In this document: in pieces, positions 33,099 through 42,997 of the stretch
How positions within the stretch are numbered: the stretch's first letter is position 1
Layout: every line of letters begins with the position of its first letter
Assembly (NCBI GenBank): GCA_040768745.1
Contig: JAXGMI010000001.1
Location: 832,001-896,000 of the forward strand
Length of the DNA: 64,000 nucleotides
Source of the DNA: Desulfomicrobium sp.
Lineage (GTDB): Bacteria; Desulfobacterota; Desulfovibrionia; Desulfovibrionales; Desulfomicrobiaceae
Direction: 5' to 3'
Translations under genes and position numbers: made by a program
The notes under the pieces: generated by a model
Seen by the model: the letters and a program-made list of their open reading frames with translations, nothing else
Told to the model about the DNA's origin: nothing
Database searches by the model: none

Positions 33099-33686
33099 AT
33101 GGTGACAATATTCTGGCTGGCAATCAGCTATCTCCTGGGCGCCCTGCCCTTTGGCCTGCTCATTTCCAAGACCTGCTGCGACATTGACCCGCGCGAACAG
33201 GGCAGCGGCAATATCGGCGCCACCAATGTCGGCCGCCTCTGCGGGACCAAATACGGAGCACTGACCCTGGCCCTGGATATGCTCAAGGGCTTTGTCCCAG
33301 TCCTTCTGGCCACCAGCTTTTCCGACTCCCTGTTCTTTCTGACCCTGGTCGCCACGGCCACGGTCTGCGGTCACATGTTCTCGGTTTTCCTGCACGGCAA
33401 GGGAGGCAAGGGCGTGGCCACCTGGGTCGGCGCCTTCGCGGCCATTTCCCTGTCCGGAACCATTCTCTGCGGGTTGGCCTTCCTGGCTGCCCTCTATTTC
33501 TACAATTTTGTGTCCCTGGCCTCCCTGGTCATGGTGGCCTTCATGCCGGTGATCCTCCTCTTCCAGGGCATGTGGGGAGCCATTCCCATGGCCCTGGTCC
33601 TCATGGCTCTCATCTTCTGGAAGCACTCGGAAAACATCCAGCGCCTGATGGCCGGTGAGGAACACCCCTGGAAAAAACCGGAATGA
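33099..33686 (+). CDS. plsY: Glycerol-3-phosphate acyltransferase
   Basis: YLLGALPFG, GSGNIGATN, DMLKG, GHMFS, GGKGVAT, KHSENIQRL. Start is 33099 or 33093. Confidence 0.96.
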   Translation: MVTIFWLAISYLLGALPFGLLISKTCCDIDPREQGSGNIGATNVGRLCGTKYGALTLALDMLKGFVPVLLATSFSDSLFFLTLVATATVCGHMFSVFLHGKGGKGVATWVGAFAAISLSGTILCGLAFLAALYFYNFVSLASLVMVAFMPVILLFQGMWGAIPMALVLMALIFWKHSENIQRLMAGEEHPWKKPE

Positions 33687-33708
33687 ACTGATTTCTGCAA
33701 CGGATGCC

Positions 33709-33746
33709 AAAGCGCGGGGGCCTTGCTGGCCTGCCGCGCTTTTTTT
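33709..33746 (+). terminator. Rho-independent terminator after plsY
   Basis: AAAGCGCGG...CCGCGCTTTTTTT. Confidence 0.8.
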
Positions 33747-33855
33747 GCACAGCCAACATCTAGGGCCATCCGACAGTCCCATTCAACCATCACCCATTGT
33801 CTGCTGATGCCGGACAAGGGAGCATCCTCCAGACGTTTTTTTGGACAAGCCGTAA

Positions 33856-35478
33856 TCAGAGCAGTGATTTGATGCGTTCCACCAACGGAGCCAGGGACGG
33901 CCTGTGGATGGCCGCGATAAAGACCGCGTCGGGGTGGACAAAGGCCAGGGCCTCGCGGGCCTCGTCCGTAATGCGATCGACCTTGTTCAAGGCCAGGATG
34001 CGTGGGATGGTGTCGATGGACAGGTCGCGCAGGATTGATTCCACAGCCTCCAGCTGGCTGTCCATCTCTGGATGGGAGGCATCGGCCACGTGCACCAGCA
34101 CATCCGCGCTCTCCAGTTCTTCCAGAGTGGCCATGAAGGCCTCCCGCAGGTCGGCCGGAAGATGGCGGATGAAACCCACCGTGTCGGTGAGGATGATCTC
34201 GCGGTCCTCGGGAAAACGCAGCCTGCGGCTGGTGGGGTCCAGGGTGGCAAACAGCTTGTTTTCTGCCAGGACGTCGCTCTGGGTCAGGGTGTTGAGCAAG
34301 GTGGACTTGCCCGCGTTGGTGTATCCGACCAGGGAGACGATGGGCAGGCCGGCCTTGTCCCGGCGACTGCGCGTGGCGTCCCTGTGCTTGCGCACGTTGG
34401 CCAACTCGTTCTTGAGCTGGCTCAAGCGGTCGCGGATCTTGCGGCGGTCCATCTCCAGACGGGTTTCCCCCGGACCGCGACCGCCGATGCCTCCGGTCAG
34501 ACGGCTCAAGGCCCGGTTCTGACCTACCAGGCGGGGCATCATGTACTTGAGCTGGGCCATTTCCACCTGCAGCTTGCCTTCCCGGGTCTGGGCGTGCTGG
34601 GCAAAGATGTCCAGGATGAGCTGGGTCCGGTCCAGAACCTTGCGTTCGGTGATCTGGCTCAGGTTGCGCTGCTGGGTAGGGGTCAGTTCCTGGTCGAAAA
34701 CCAGGATGGAGGCGTTCTTCTGCAGGGCCAGGACTTCCAGTTCAGCCAGCTTGCCGCGCCCGAGAATGAGCTTCGGATTGATCTGGCTGACCCGCTGCAC
34801 CACGGTTCCCGCCACATCAAGCCCGGCCGTGGACGAAAGTTCGGCCAGTTCGGCCAGGGAGCGCTCCTGCACGCTCTTGGGCTGGGATCCAACGCTGACC
34901 AGAATGGCCGCCCCCTCCCTGGCCGCTGCTGACACGGTCTGGCCCGTACGGGACAGTTCGCCTTCCAGGGCCATGGCACTGGCTCCGAAGTCAAAGGCCA
35001 CGTCGTCCCAGATCTCGGCCGGATAGACGATATAGGGCTTTTCGTCGGCATTGGGAGGGAGCAGATGGGCGATCTGACAGGCCCGGGGCAGACCATCGGG
35101 CGAGACGGTCAGCACGCAAACCGCATCCAGACGCAGGAAGACCATGTCCATCAGGTCTTCCTGCGTCAACAGTGAGGAATCCAGGTGGGTATGCAGGAGA
35201 CGCAGGCCTGAAAGGCGTGAATCCGCCTGCCGGTGGCGGGAAAGCTCAGGAATGAGGATGCCGTCGGGTTCTCCCACGATGACCATGACCGGCAACCCCT
35301 TCCGGTTGATGAGGATTCCAAGTTGCCGGTTCACTCCCCGGCTCAGAATGGCCAGTTCCTTGGCCTGATCCAGGGTGAACCCGCCATGGTCGGGAAAACG
35401 CCTGTTGTAGAGACGTGAAATGGCCGTAAGTTGGCTGGGTTTGAGGCCCGTGAGGTTGCCCAGGGGTTTGGAAGCTAT
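33856..35478 (-). CDS. hflX: Ribosome-splitting GTPase HflX, long form (proposed ATA start)
   Basis: GGRGPGE, GYTNAGKST, LFATLDPT, DTVGF, NKVD. The frame is open 48 codons above ORF-track GTG 35334, encoding IASKPLGNLTGLKPSQ, with GGAG 7 nt before ATA 35478. Confidence 0.93.
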   Translation of the reverse strand: MASKPLGNLTGLKPSQLTAISRLYNRRFPDHGGFTLDQAKELAILSRGVNRQLGILINRKGLPVMVIVGEPDGILIPELSRHRQADSRLSGLRLLHTHLDSSLLTQEDLMDMVFLRLDAVCVLTVSPDGLPRACQIAHLLPPNADEKPYIVYPAEIWDDVAFDFGASAMALEGELSRTGQTVSAAAREGAAILVSVGSQPKSVQERSLAELAELSSTAGLDVAGTVVQRVSQINPKLILGRGKLAELEVLALQKNASILVFDQELTPTQQRNLSQITERKVLDRTQLILDIFAQHAQTREGKLQVEMAQLKYMMPRLVGQNRALSRLTGGIGGRGPGETRLEMDRRKIRDRLSQLKNELANVRKHRDATRSRRDKAGLPIVSLVGYTNAGKSTLLNTLTQSDVLAENKLFATLDPTSRRLRFPEDREIILTDTVGFIRHLPADLREAFMATLEELESADVLVHVADASHPEMDSQLEAVESILRDLSIDTIPRILALNKVDRITDEAREALAFVHPDAVFIAAIHRPSLAPLVERIKSLL

Positions 35479-35515
35479 CGCAGGACTCCGTTTCCGCTTA
35501 CGCGCCGGCCCCCCC

Positions 35516-36109
35516 TCAGGAGCGACGGAGGTAATCGGCGATCATGCGGTCATAGGAAGAGGTCAGGTCGAAGGTTATCACGGCCATGCGCTTGCGAAAG
35601 GCCAAAGACAGCGCCCCGTTGTTGGCTCGCATCTCTTCCATGCACTCGCTGTAGTGGGACGGGTCGGGGATGACGGCCACGGAATGAAAATTCTTGGCCG
35701 AGGCCCGCAGCATGGTGGGGCCGCCGATGTCGATCTGCTCCACAGCCTGCTTGTCCTGCAGGGTCTGACGCATGGCATCGGCAAAATTGTAGAGATTGAC
35801 GCAGATCAGGTCGAAAGGCGCCAGGCGCAGGTCTTTCAGCGTCTGCATGTGCGTTGAGTCATCCTTGTCCGCCAGGATTCCGGCGTGCACGTGGGGATGC
35901 AGGGTCTTCACCCGGCCGCCGAGAATCTCCGGAAACCCTGTCAGATCGCTGACCGAACGGACCTTCAGGCCTGCCTGCACCAGCTTCTTGCGCGTCCCCC
36001 CGGTGGAGACGAGTTCAACCCCGTTTTCCTGGAGAAAACGGGCGAAATCATCCAAACCCGATTTATCCGTCACGCTCAGTATGGCCCGGCGAATTGGCAG
36101 CATGTCCAT
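35516..36109 (-). CDS. Stand-alone IMP cyclohydrolase (MGS-like N-terminal half of PurH)
   Basis: RRAILSVTDK, STGGT, GFPEILGGRVKTLHP, VNLY, IDIGGPTMLRASAKN, ends at YDRMIADYL. Confidence 0.9.
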   Translation of the reverse strand: MDMLPIRRAILSVTDKSGLDDFARFLQENGVELVSTGGTRKKLVQAGLKVRSVSDLTGFPEILGGRVKTLHPHVHAGILADKDDSTHMQTLKDLRLAPFDLICVNLYNFADAMRQTLQDKQAVEQIDIGGPTMLRASAKNFHSVAVIPDPSHYSECMEEMRANNGALSLAFRKRMAVITFDLTSSYDRMIADYLRRS

Positions 36110-36237
36110 GGCCTGCTCCTCTCGAAAGAATGTTCGCCGTGCACTGCCAGCTTTGCCCCCAATATGCAAGAACGCAGACGGCCAGACCGCCGGGGCACGA
36201 CGGACTGGCCAGGCAAGGAAAAGGGGCCAACCCGGTC

Positions 36238-36795
36238 CTAGAGCTGGGAAAGGAGCTCCGCGGATTGAACGTTGGCCGGATCCTGTTCCAGAATCGTTTC
36301 GAGATGCCTGCGCGCATCCGCCTGCCGCCCACTGGCGATCAGACATCCGCTCAAGGCGAAGCGGACCTCGTGTTTGTCCGGATTGAGATTCAGGTACTCG
36401 GTCAAGGGCGCGATCGCCTCTGCGGTTCGCCCAAGCATGTGTGCGGCCTGCACCAGTCCGAACAGGGCCACCATATTCTCCGGGTTGAGCCCGAGGGCCT
36501 GGGCGTGAAAGGCAAAGGCCTTGTCATGATCGCCCTGGTGGGCGCTGATCAGGGCAATTCCCGCCAATGACTTGTCAGAAGAGACAACATCCTCGGCTTT
36601 CCGGTACATGGCCATGGCCTGCCCCAGATCCCCCCGCTGCACCGCGATAGTGGCCAAGCCCAGATAGGGGTCCGCGTGCACGCCGTTGCTGCCCGCAGCC
36701 TTGTGATAGTAATTCTCTGCCTTGTCCAATTCACCCATGAAGAGGTAACACTCCCCCAACTCCTTGTTGATCTCGTAGTCAAGATGCGAACTCAT
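36238..36795 (-). CDS. Tetratricopeptide repeat protein
   Basis: Repeated TPR signatures (LGECYLFMGELDKAENYY, YLGLATIAVQRGDLGQAMAMY); divergent from flgB. Confidence 0.85.
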   Translation of the reverse strand: MSSHLDYEINKELGECYLFMGELDKAENYYHKAAGSNGVHADPYLGLATIAVQRGDLGQAMAMYRKAEDVVSSDKSLAGIALISAHQGDHDKAFAFHAQALGLNPENMVALFGLVQAAHMLGRTAEAIAPLTEYLNLNPDKHEVRFALSGCLIASGRQADARRHLETILEQDPANVQSAELLSQL

Positions 36796-36952
36796 GGCTC
36801 CTTCTCCCTGTTGTTGAACGACGTAGACGTTGTGTGGCGAGTCTTTTTTGCAACTTTAGAGCCAAGGCAGATGCACTTCCACCCCCACGTTTGCACGGCC
36901 CTGCTCCAGAGGCAACCATCCAAGATCCCATGATATTTCTTTTGAGGGGAAA

Positions 36953-36968
36953 TGGAACGCAGATTGCT
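36953..36968 (+). promoter_or_regulatory. Sigma54 (-24/-12) promoter of the flgB operon
   Basis: TGGAAC-GCAGA-TTGCT, exact GG-N10-GC spacing, about 70 nt upstream of flgB. Confidence 0.85.
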
Positions 36969-37040
36969 ATCCAGTTCTTGTCGTCATCCCGGCCTCTCTT
37001 CCTGCCAGAAAAAACAATGCCGGAATGACAAGAGGTTAGC

Positions 37041-37451
37041 ATGAAAAGCCTGTTTTCTCAGCACATCGATCTGACGGCCAGGGTCATGGACTTCCAACTC
37101 CAGCGTCAAAACATCGTCAGCGCGAATCTGGCCAACATCAACACCCCTGGATACAAGGCCCGGCATCTGGAATTCGAAAAAGACCTGCAGGCCGCCCTTG
37201 ATCTGTCCGAAACAGGGGCCGTGGCCCGGACCCATCCCCGGCACCTGCCGGCCGCATTTTCCCCCGACTCCGCGGAAGCCGGCTTAAGGAAAGAGTTGGC
37301 GCCCCGTGTGATCCAGGGTTTGGACAATGTTGACCTGGACAAGGAGATGGCGGCCATGGCCAAGAACAACCTGCTCTACAGCGCCCTGACCACAGTTATA
37401 CAGAAGGATTTCAACGGGTTGAAACAACTCATTCAGGATGGAGGCAAGTAA
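37041..37451 (+). CDS. flgB: Flagellar basal-body rod protein FlgB
   Basis: RQNIVSANLANINTPGYK, NVDLDKEM. Confidence 0.96.
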   Translation: MKSLFSQHIDLTARVMDFQLQRQNIVSANLANINTPGYKARHLEFEKDLQAALDLSETGAVARTHPRHLPAAFSPDSAEAGLRKELAPRVIQGLDNVDLDKEMAAMAKNNLLYSALTTVIQKDFNGLKQLIQDGGK

Positions 37452-37888
37452 TGGACTTCATGACCGCCATTGACGTCGGGGCGTCCGGGCTCAACGCGGA
37501 ACGCACCCATCTCAATGTCATTTCCATGAACCTGGCCAATGCCAAGACCACCAGAACCGTGGACGGAGGTCCCTACCGCCGCAAGGAAGCCATCTTCAGG
37601 GAAACACAAGTGGACAGCCCGTTTTCCAGGGCCATGCGGACAGCGTTGGATGACGAGGTGAAAGGCGTCCGGGTCGAGTCCATCCAGAACGACCGCCGGC
37701 CGCTGAAAAGGGTCTACGAGCCCGGGCACCCCCACGCGGATGAGGAGGGATATGTCAGCTATCCAGACATCAACGTTGTGGAGGAAATGACCAACATGCT
37801 TTCGGCCATGCGAGCCTACGAGGCCAATGTCTCGACCATCACCACGGCCAAGAACATGTTCACCAAAGCACTGGAGATTGGCCGCTGA
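37451..37888 (+). CDS. flgC: Flagellar basal-body rod protein FlgC
   Basis: ISMNLANA, GPYRRK, YEPGHPHAD, RAYEAN. Confidence 0.97.
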   Translation: MDFMTAIDVGASGLNAERTHLNVISMNLANAKTTRTVDGGPYRRKEAIFRETQVDSPFSRAMRTALDDEVKGVRVESIQNDRRPLKRVYEPGHPHADEEGYVSYPDINVVEEMTNMLSAMRAYEANVSTITTAKNMFTKALEIGR

Positions 37889-37938
37889 CGCCATAGCTGG
37901 ACTGAATGTTCGACGACGGACAAACCCGGGAGAAAGTC

Positions 37939-38262
37939 ATGACGGTTTCACCCATCGCCCTGAAAGCCTACACCGCAGCCAACGAGCTGCTGAACAAACC
38001 CGCCCCGCCCGCCGGAGGCAAGGCCTCCACTGCGGACGCAACCCGCTCCTTTGCCGAGGCCATCGAGGACTCGCTGTCCGCGGTGAACGCCATGCAGACG
38101 GAAAAATCCCGCATGATCACGGAGTTTGCCTCGGGCAAAAGCCAGAACGTGCACGAGCTGATGATCACCCTGCAAAAGGCCGGGTTGGCCATGGATATGA
38201 CCTCGGCCGTACGCAACAAGGTCCTGCAGGCCTACCAGGAACTCATGCGGTTGCAGTTCTGA
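37939..38262 (+). CDS. fliE: Flagellar hook-basal body protein FliE
   Basis: NVHELMITLQKA...VRNKVLQAYQELMRLQ. Confidence 0.95.
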   Translation: MTVSPIALKAYTAANELLNKPAPPAGGKASTADATRSFAEAIEDSLSAVNAMQTEKSRMITEFASGKSQNVHELMITLQKAGLAMDMTSAVRNKVLQAYQELMRLQF

Positions 38263-38296
38263 AGTTCTGATTTTCTAACGATCGCGAGGAATCACC

Positions 38297-39907
38297 ATGC
38301 CCCCCTTTCTGCAGAACGCCCTGTCCGTGGCCACGGACTTCTGGACAGGCAAGGCCCTGGCCCAGCGCATCCTCCTCGGCGGCCTCTTGGCTTCATTGCT
38401 CATGGCATTCGCCGCCATGGTCTTCTGGGTCAACCGCACAGACTACAGAGTGCTTTACAGCCAACTCTATCAGGAAGACGCGGCCAGCGTGCTGGATTTC
38501 CTTAAAAAAGAAAAAATCCCTTACCAGATTGCGGATTCCGGATCGACCATCCAGGTCCCTGCCGAACAGGTCTACGAGGCCCGGCTCAAGCTGGCTGGAG
38601 CGGGAACACTGCATGGCCAGGGAGTGGGCTTCGAGCTCTTTGACGAAAACAAGATCGGGCAGACCAATTTCGTCCAGAACATCAACTACCAGCGCGCCCT
38701 GCAGGGAGAACTGTCCCGGACCATCTCCGAGTTGCCCGAAGTGGAAACCGCACGTGTACACTTGGTTCTTCCCAGCAAGAGCCTTTTTGTCGAAGAACAG
38801 GCCCCACCTTCGGCGGCCATCATGCTCAAGCTCAAGAATGGCCAGTCCCTGGCCGCCCAGCAGGTGCAGGCCATTGTCAACCTTCTCTCCACCAGCGTGG
38901 AGGGCATGAATGCCGAACACATCACCGTGGCGGACAGCCGGGGCAAGGTTCTCTACGAGCCCAGATCCGACAAGGACATGACCGGCATGACATCCAGCCA
39001 GCTGGAGTACCAGATGGGTCTCCAGCGCACCCTGGAGCAGCGTATCGAACAGCTCCTGACTCCCATTGTCGGTGCCGGTCGGACCATTGCACGCGTCAAT
39101 GCCGATCTGGACTTCAACCGGACCACCATCCGCAAGGAAATTTTCGACCCCAAATCCGCGGTGGTCCGCAGCGAGGTCAAGAGCGAAGAGGAAAACACAG
39201 GAACAGCCAGCGTGGCCGCCGGTACCCCAGACCCCAACTATCAGGGGGAAAGCGAGCGCACGTCCTCGGGCACGGCCCAGGAAAGCACACGCACCACATC
39301 AACCACGAACTTCGACATCAACAAGGAAGAGCAGCAGATTGTTTCCCAGATGGGCGGAATCAAACGTCTGAGCGTAGCCGTTCTGGTTGACGGGAAATAC
39401 ACCCAGCAGCAGGACGGCACGTACGCCTTCGAACCCCTGCACCCGGATCAACTGGCCCAGATCAGGCAGCTGGCCCAACGGGCCGTGGGCTTCAGCGACG
39501 CCCGCGGCGATGCCATCGAGGTTTCCTCCATCGCCTTTGGAGATCCCATGACCACCGAAGAAGCGCCGGTCCTGGACGTGGTCTCCCGTTACTTCCACCT
39601 CCTGGGCAAACCCCTGCTCAATGCCCTCCTGGTCCTCCTCTTCCTGCTGGTCGTGGCCCGCCCCGTGGTCCTGGCCTTGATCCGGCCCAAGGTTGCCGAA
39701 CCTACTGTCCAATCCAAAATCGAAGAGTTGGGAGCCGCCGAGGAACTCAAGGCCTTGACCGAGGGTCTGAGCGAGGAGGATCTTGCAACCGTGGATACGG
39801 CCAAACGCATAGAAAACGCCAAACACCTGGCGCAGCAATTGGTGGAGCAGAACATGGACCAGGCGGTCATGATCATGCGCCAATGGATGGCTCAAGGAGA
39901 AGCGTAA
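38297..39907 (+). CDS. fliF: Flagellar MS-ring protein FliF
   Basis: GFELFD, RALQGELSRTI, ARVHLV, RLSVAVLVDG; two TM segments. Confidence 0.97.
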   Translation: MPPFLQNALSVATDFWTGKALAQRILLGGLLASLLMAFAAMVFWVNRTDYRVLYSQLYQEDAASVLDFLKKEKIPYQIADSGSTIQVPAEQVYEARLKLAGAGTLHGQGVGFELFDENKIGQTNFVQNINYQRALQGELSRTISELPEVETARVHLVLPSKSLFVEEQAPPSAAIMLKLKNGQSLAAQQVQAIVNLLSTSVEGMNAEHITVADSRGKVLYEPRSDKDMTGMTSSQLEYQMGLQRTLEQRIEQLLTPIVGAGRTIARVNADLDFNRTTIRKEIFDPKSAVVRSEVKSEEENTGTASVAAGTPDPNYQGESERTSSGTAQESTRTTSTTNFDINKEEQQIVSQMGGIKRLSVAVLVDGKYTQQQDGTYAFEPLHPDQLAQIRQLAQRAVGFSDARGDAIEVSSIAFGDPMTTEEAPVLDVVSRYFHLLGKPLLNALLVLLFLLVVARPVVLALIRPKVAEPTVQSKIEELGAAEELKALTEGLSEEDLATVDTAKRIENAKHLAQQLVEQNMDQAVMIMRQWMAQGEA

Positions 39908-40918
39908 GTGGCGACCCCAAGTGCAAAACTGACCGGCCCCCAGAAAACGGCCATACTCATTCTGGCCCTCGGAGATACCTTTGCCTCCGAGGTGTTCAAG
40001 AAGCTCGACCGTTCGGAAATCACCGCCGTATCCCGCGCCATGGCCAGATTGGACAGCGTCAACAAGGATCAGGCCGGGGAAGTCCTGCGTGAATTCAATC
40101 AGGCCATGACCTTTGGAAAGGAAATGCTGTACGGCGGCCCTGAACAGGTCCGCAAGATGATCGCTTCCAATTTGGATTCAGACACGGCCCGGTCCATCCT
40201 GGATGAACTGGACTTCGGCACCGGCCCCACTCCCTTCAAGGAGCTGGGAAACGTCAGTCCCAAAATTCTGGCCCAGATTCTCAGAAACGAACATCCCCAA
40301 ACCCTGGCCCTGATCCTTGGCCACATGCCTCCTGACGATGCGGGCAACCTCTTGCAGCACCTCTCCCCAGGGGTGCGGGCCGAAGTCCTCATCCGTCTGG
40401 CCAAGCTCGAAGCCGTGGCCGAGGAGATGCTTCTGGAGGTGGACCGGGTGCTGCAAAACCAGCTCATCGCCATCGGCGGCAAGGAAGGTCGCAAGGTGGG
40501 CGGCGTCAATTCCGTGGCGGAGATCCTCAACGCCATCGACAGAACCACGGAAGAGGAGATTATGGCCGACATCGAGGAAGAAAGCGCCCAGTTGGCCGAA
40601 GAGATCAAGCAGCTCATGTTCGTCTTCGAGGACATCCTGAAGATCGACGATCGGGGGATCCGCGAAGTCTTGAAGGAAATCAGCAACGAGGATCTGACCC
40701 TGGCCCTGAAGGCTGCTCCGGATGAACTGCAGGAGAAGTTCTTCAAGAATCTGTCTGAGCGTGCCGGAAACATGATCCGCGAGGACCTGGAAATCATGGG
40801 CCCGGTCAAGTTGTCCGAAGTGGAAGCGGCCCAGCAGAACATCGTGAAACAGGTGCGCCGCCTGGAGGCCGAAGGCCGCATTGTCATCGCCGGCAGCGGA
40901 GGAGACATCCTTGTCTGA
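39908..40918 (+). CDS. fliG: Flagellar motor switch protein FliG
   Basis: EHPQTLALIL, MFVFEDI, NLSERA, GPVKLSEVEAAQ. Confidence 0.97.
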   Translation: MATPSAKLTGPQKTAILILALGDTFASEVFKKLDRSEITAVSRAMARLDSVNKDQAGEVLREFNQAMTFGKEMLYGGPEQVRKMIASNLDSDTARSILDELDFGTGPTPFKELGNVSPKILAQILRNEHPQTLALILGHMPPDDAGNLLQHLSPGVRAEVLIRLAKLEAVAEEMLLEVDRVLQNQLIAIGGKEGRKVGGVNSVAEILNAIDRTTEEEIMADIEEESAQLAEEIKQLMFVFEDILKIDDRGIREVLKEISNEDLTLALKAAPDELQEKFFKNLSERAGNMIREDLEIMGPVKLSEVEAAQQNIVKQVRRLEAEGRIVIAGSGGDILV

Positions 40919-41615
40919 CCATCCCCCTTCCATCCCAGTGGGCCGTGTCGTGCACAGCCTGAAAGCAGGCAATTTCGTTGATCTGGGCCGGCCGGCAGCC
41001 ACTCTCTGGAACAGCGAGACCGAGGCCCGGTACATGGAGCAGGTTCGGGAGAGGGCTCAGCAGAAAGCCAAGGAAATCCTGCAGCAGGCCTTGGACGAAG
41101 CGGAAGTCCTGCGGGCCAGGGCCCGGACCGAGGGATTCGAGGACGGACGGGCTGCGGCCCAGGATCTGTGCGCGGCCGAAGCATCCAGGACGGCGGCATT
41201 CCTGGCCTCCCTGCATGATGCCCTGAAGACTGAAAAGGAGCGCGCCTTTGCCCTTCACCGCCATACACTGTTCAAGATCCTGACCCTGGCCTTTGAAAAA
41301 ACCTTGGGCATCATGCTCGACGCGCACCGCCAGCAGGTCCTGACCTCGCTCTTCGAGGAGGCCGTGGCCCAGCTCCAGGCCACATCGACCATCACGGTTC
41401 ACGTGTGCGCCGAGGATCTGGAACTGGCCAAACAGCTTGCCGTCCAGGTCAGATCCCAGACCCAGAACCTGCCTGACCTGTGCATCAAGCTCAATCAGGA
41501 CCTGACTCCAGGCGGAGTCCGCCTGGAATGCGGCGACGGCATGGTGGATAATACCATCGCCTCCCGCTTCGAACAAGTCCAGGCCATCCTGGTCGGCTAC
41601 CAGGAAGCCCCATGA
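40911..41615 (+). CDS. fliH: Flagellar export protein FliH
   Basis: Between fliG and fliI; EGFEDG GxxxG motif, LTPGGVRLE; TTG start after GGAGGA. Confidence 0.88.
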   Translation: MSDHPPSIPVGRVVHSLKAGNFVDLGRPAATLWNSETEARYMEQVRERAQQKAKEILQQALDEAEVLRARARTEGFEDGRAAAQDLCAAEASRTAAFLASLHDALKTEKERAFALHRHTLFKILTLAFEKTLGIMLDAHRQQVLTSLFEEAVAQLQATSTITVHVCAEDLELAKQLAVQVRSQTQNLPDLCIKLNQDLTPGGVRLECGDGMVDNTIASRFEQVQAILVGYQEAP

Positions 41616-42997
41616 CCGCGGATCTAGACGGTACCCTGCATCTCCTTTCCGGTCTGCAACCCGTCCAGGCCTATGGCAAGGTCACCAAAGTCGTGGGCCT
41701 GGTGGCCGAGGGGAGAGGGATCAAGGCCCCTCTGGGTTCCGTGTGCCAGCTGCTTCCCGAAGGCCGGGGCAGCCAGGTCATCAATGCCGAAGTGATCGGG
41801 TTCCGTGACGACGTGGTGCTGCTCATGCCCTACGGCGAAATGCGGGGCGTCCGCCCCGGCAGCCTGATCCGTAACACGAGTACGCCCCCGCACTTCCCGG
41901 TGGGCAACCGTTTTCTTGGCCGGGCCGTGGATGCCTTTGGCCAGGCCCTGGACACGGGACAGCCAATCCGCCCGGTCCGTTACAACCCCCTGCATGCCAA
42001 TCCGCCAAGCCCCATGACCCGGCCCCGCATCAGTGAACCCCTGGATGTCGGCGTGCGGGCCATCAATGGGCTCCTGACCCTGGGCAAGGGGCAGCGAATC
42101 GGCATCATGGCCGGTTCTGGAGTGGGCAAGAGCACTCTCATGGGCATGATCGCCCGCTACACCTCGGCCGACGTGAACGTCATCGGCTTGATCGGCGAAC
42201 GCGGCCGCGAAGTCATGGATTTTATCGAGAAGGACCTGGGTCCCGAGGGTTTGGCGAAGTCGGTCCTCGTCGTGGCCACCTCGGACCAGGGCCCCCTGGT
42301 GCGGATGCGCGCAGCCTTCGCGGCAACGGCCATGGCGGAATTTTTTCGCGACCAGGGCAGGGATGTGCTGCTGATGATGGATTCGGTGACCCGCTTCGCC
42401 ATGGCCGCCCGTGAAGTGGGTTTGGCCGCTGGCGAGCCGCCAACCACCAGGGGCTACACGCCCACGGTTTTCTCCCACCTGCCCAGGCTCCTGGAACGCG
42501 CCGGACGCTCTGCCACGGGCAGCATCACCGGCATCTACACGGTCCTCGTGGAGGGGGATGACTTCAATGAACCCGTGGCCGATGCCGTCCGTTCCATCCT
42601 GGACGGTCACGTCGTGCTCACCCGGGAACTTGCCGACCAAGGCCACTACCCGTCCATCGACGTGCTCAGGAGCATCAGCCGTCTGGCCGCGGACGTGGCC
42701 CCCAAACCTGTCATGGCCGCCGCGCGCACCTTGGTCCGCCACCTGGGCACGTTCAACCGGGTCGAGGACATGATCAATATCGGCGCCTATGCTCCCGGAT
42801 CCAATCAGGAAATCGACCTCGCCCTGGAGATGATCCAGCCCATTCGCGGATTTTTACAACAACCCTTGGAGGAATGCTGCGCCCTGGACCAATCCTTCGC
42901 AGCCCTGCAGAAACTTGCCGGACAGGGCAATCCGAAATCTGTCAGGCCCCGCGTTCAGTCCATGGAACCGCCGGCCACCCGCACTACCTCCTCATAG
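41612..42997 (+). CDS. fliI: Flagellar export ATPase FliI
   Basis: AGSGVGKST, IGERGREV, MDSVTRFAMA, GEPPTTRGY. Confidence 0.97.
   Translation: MTADLDGTLHLLSGLQPVQAYGKVTKVVGLVAEGRGIKAPLGSVCQLLPEGRGSQVINAEVIGFRDDVVLLMPYGEMRGVRPGSLIRNTSTPPHFPVGNRFLGRAVDAFGQALDTGQPIRPVRYNPLHANPPSPMTRPRISEPLDVGVRAINGLLTLGKGQRIGIMAGSGVGKSTLMGMIARYTSADVNVIGLIGERGREVMDFIEKDLGPEGLAKSVLVVATSDQGPLVRMRAAFAATAMAEFFRDQGRDVLLMMDSVTRFAMAAREVGLAAGEPPTTRGYTPTVFSHLPRLLERAGRSATGSITGIYTVLVEGDDFNEPVADAVRSILDGHVVLTRELADQGHYPSIDVLRSISRLAADVAPKPVMAAARTLVRHLGTFNRVEDMINIGAYAPGSNQEIDLALEMIQPIRGFLQQPLEECCALDQSFAALQKLAGQGNPKSVRPRVQSMEPPATRTTSS

Noticed and set aside
36831..36858. Sigma28 promoter for the TPR gene (TAAAGTTG...GCCACACA, minus strand)
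   Set aside because: The -10 box matches GCCGATAA poorly and the spacing is one base long.
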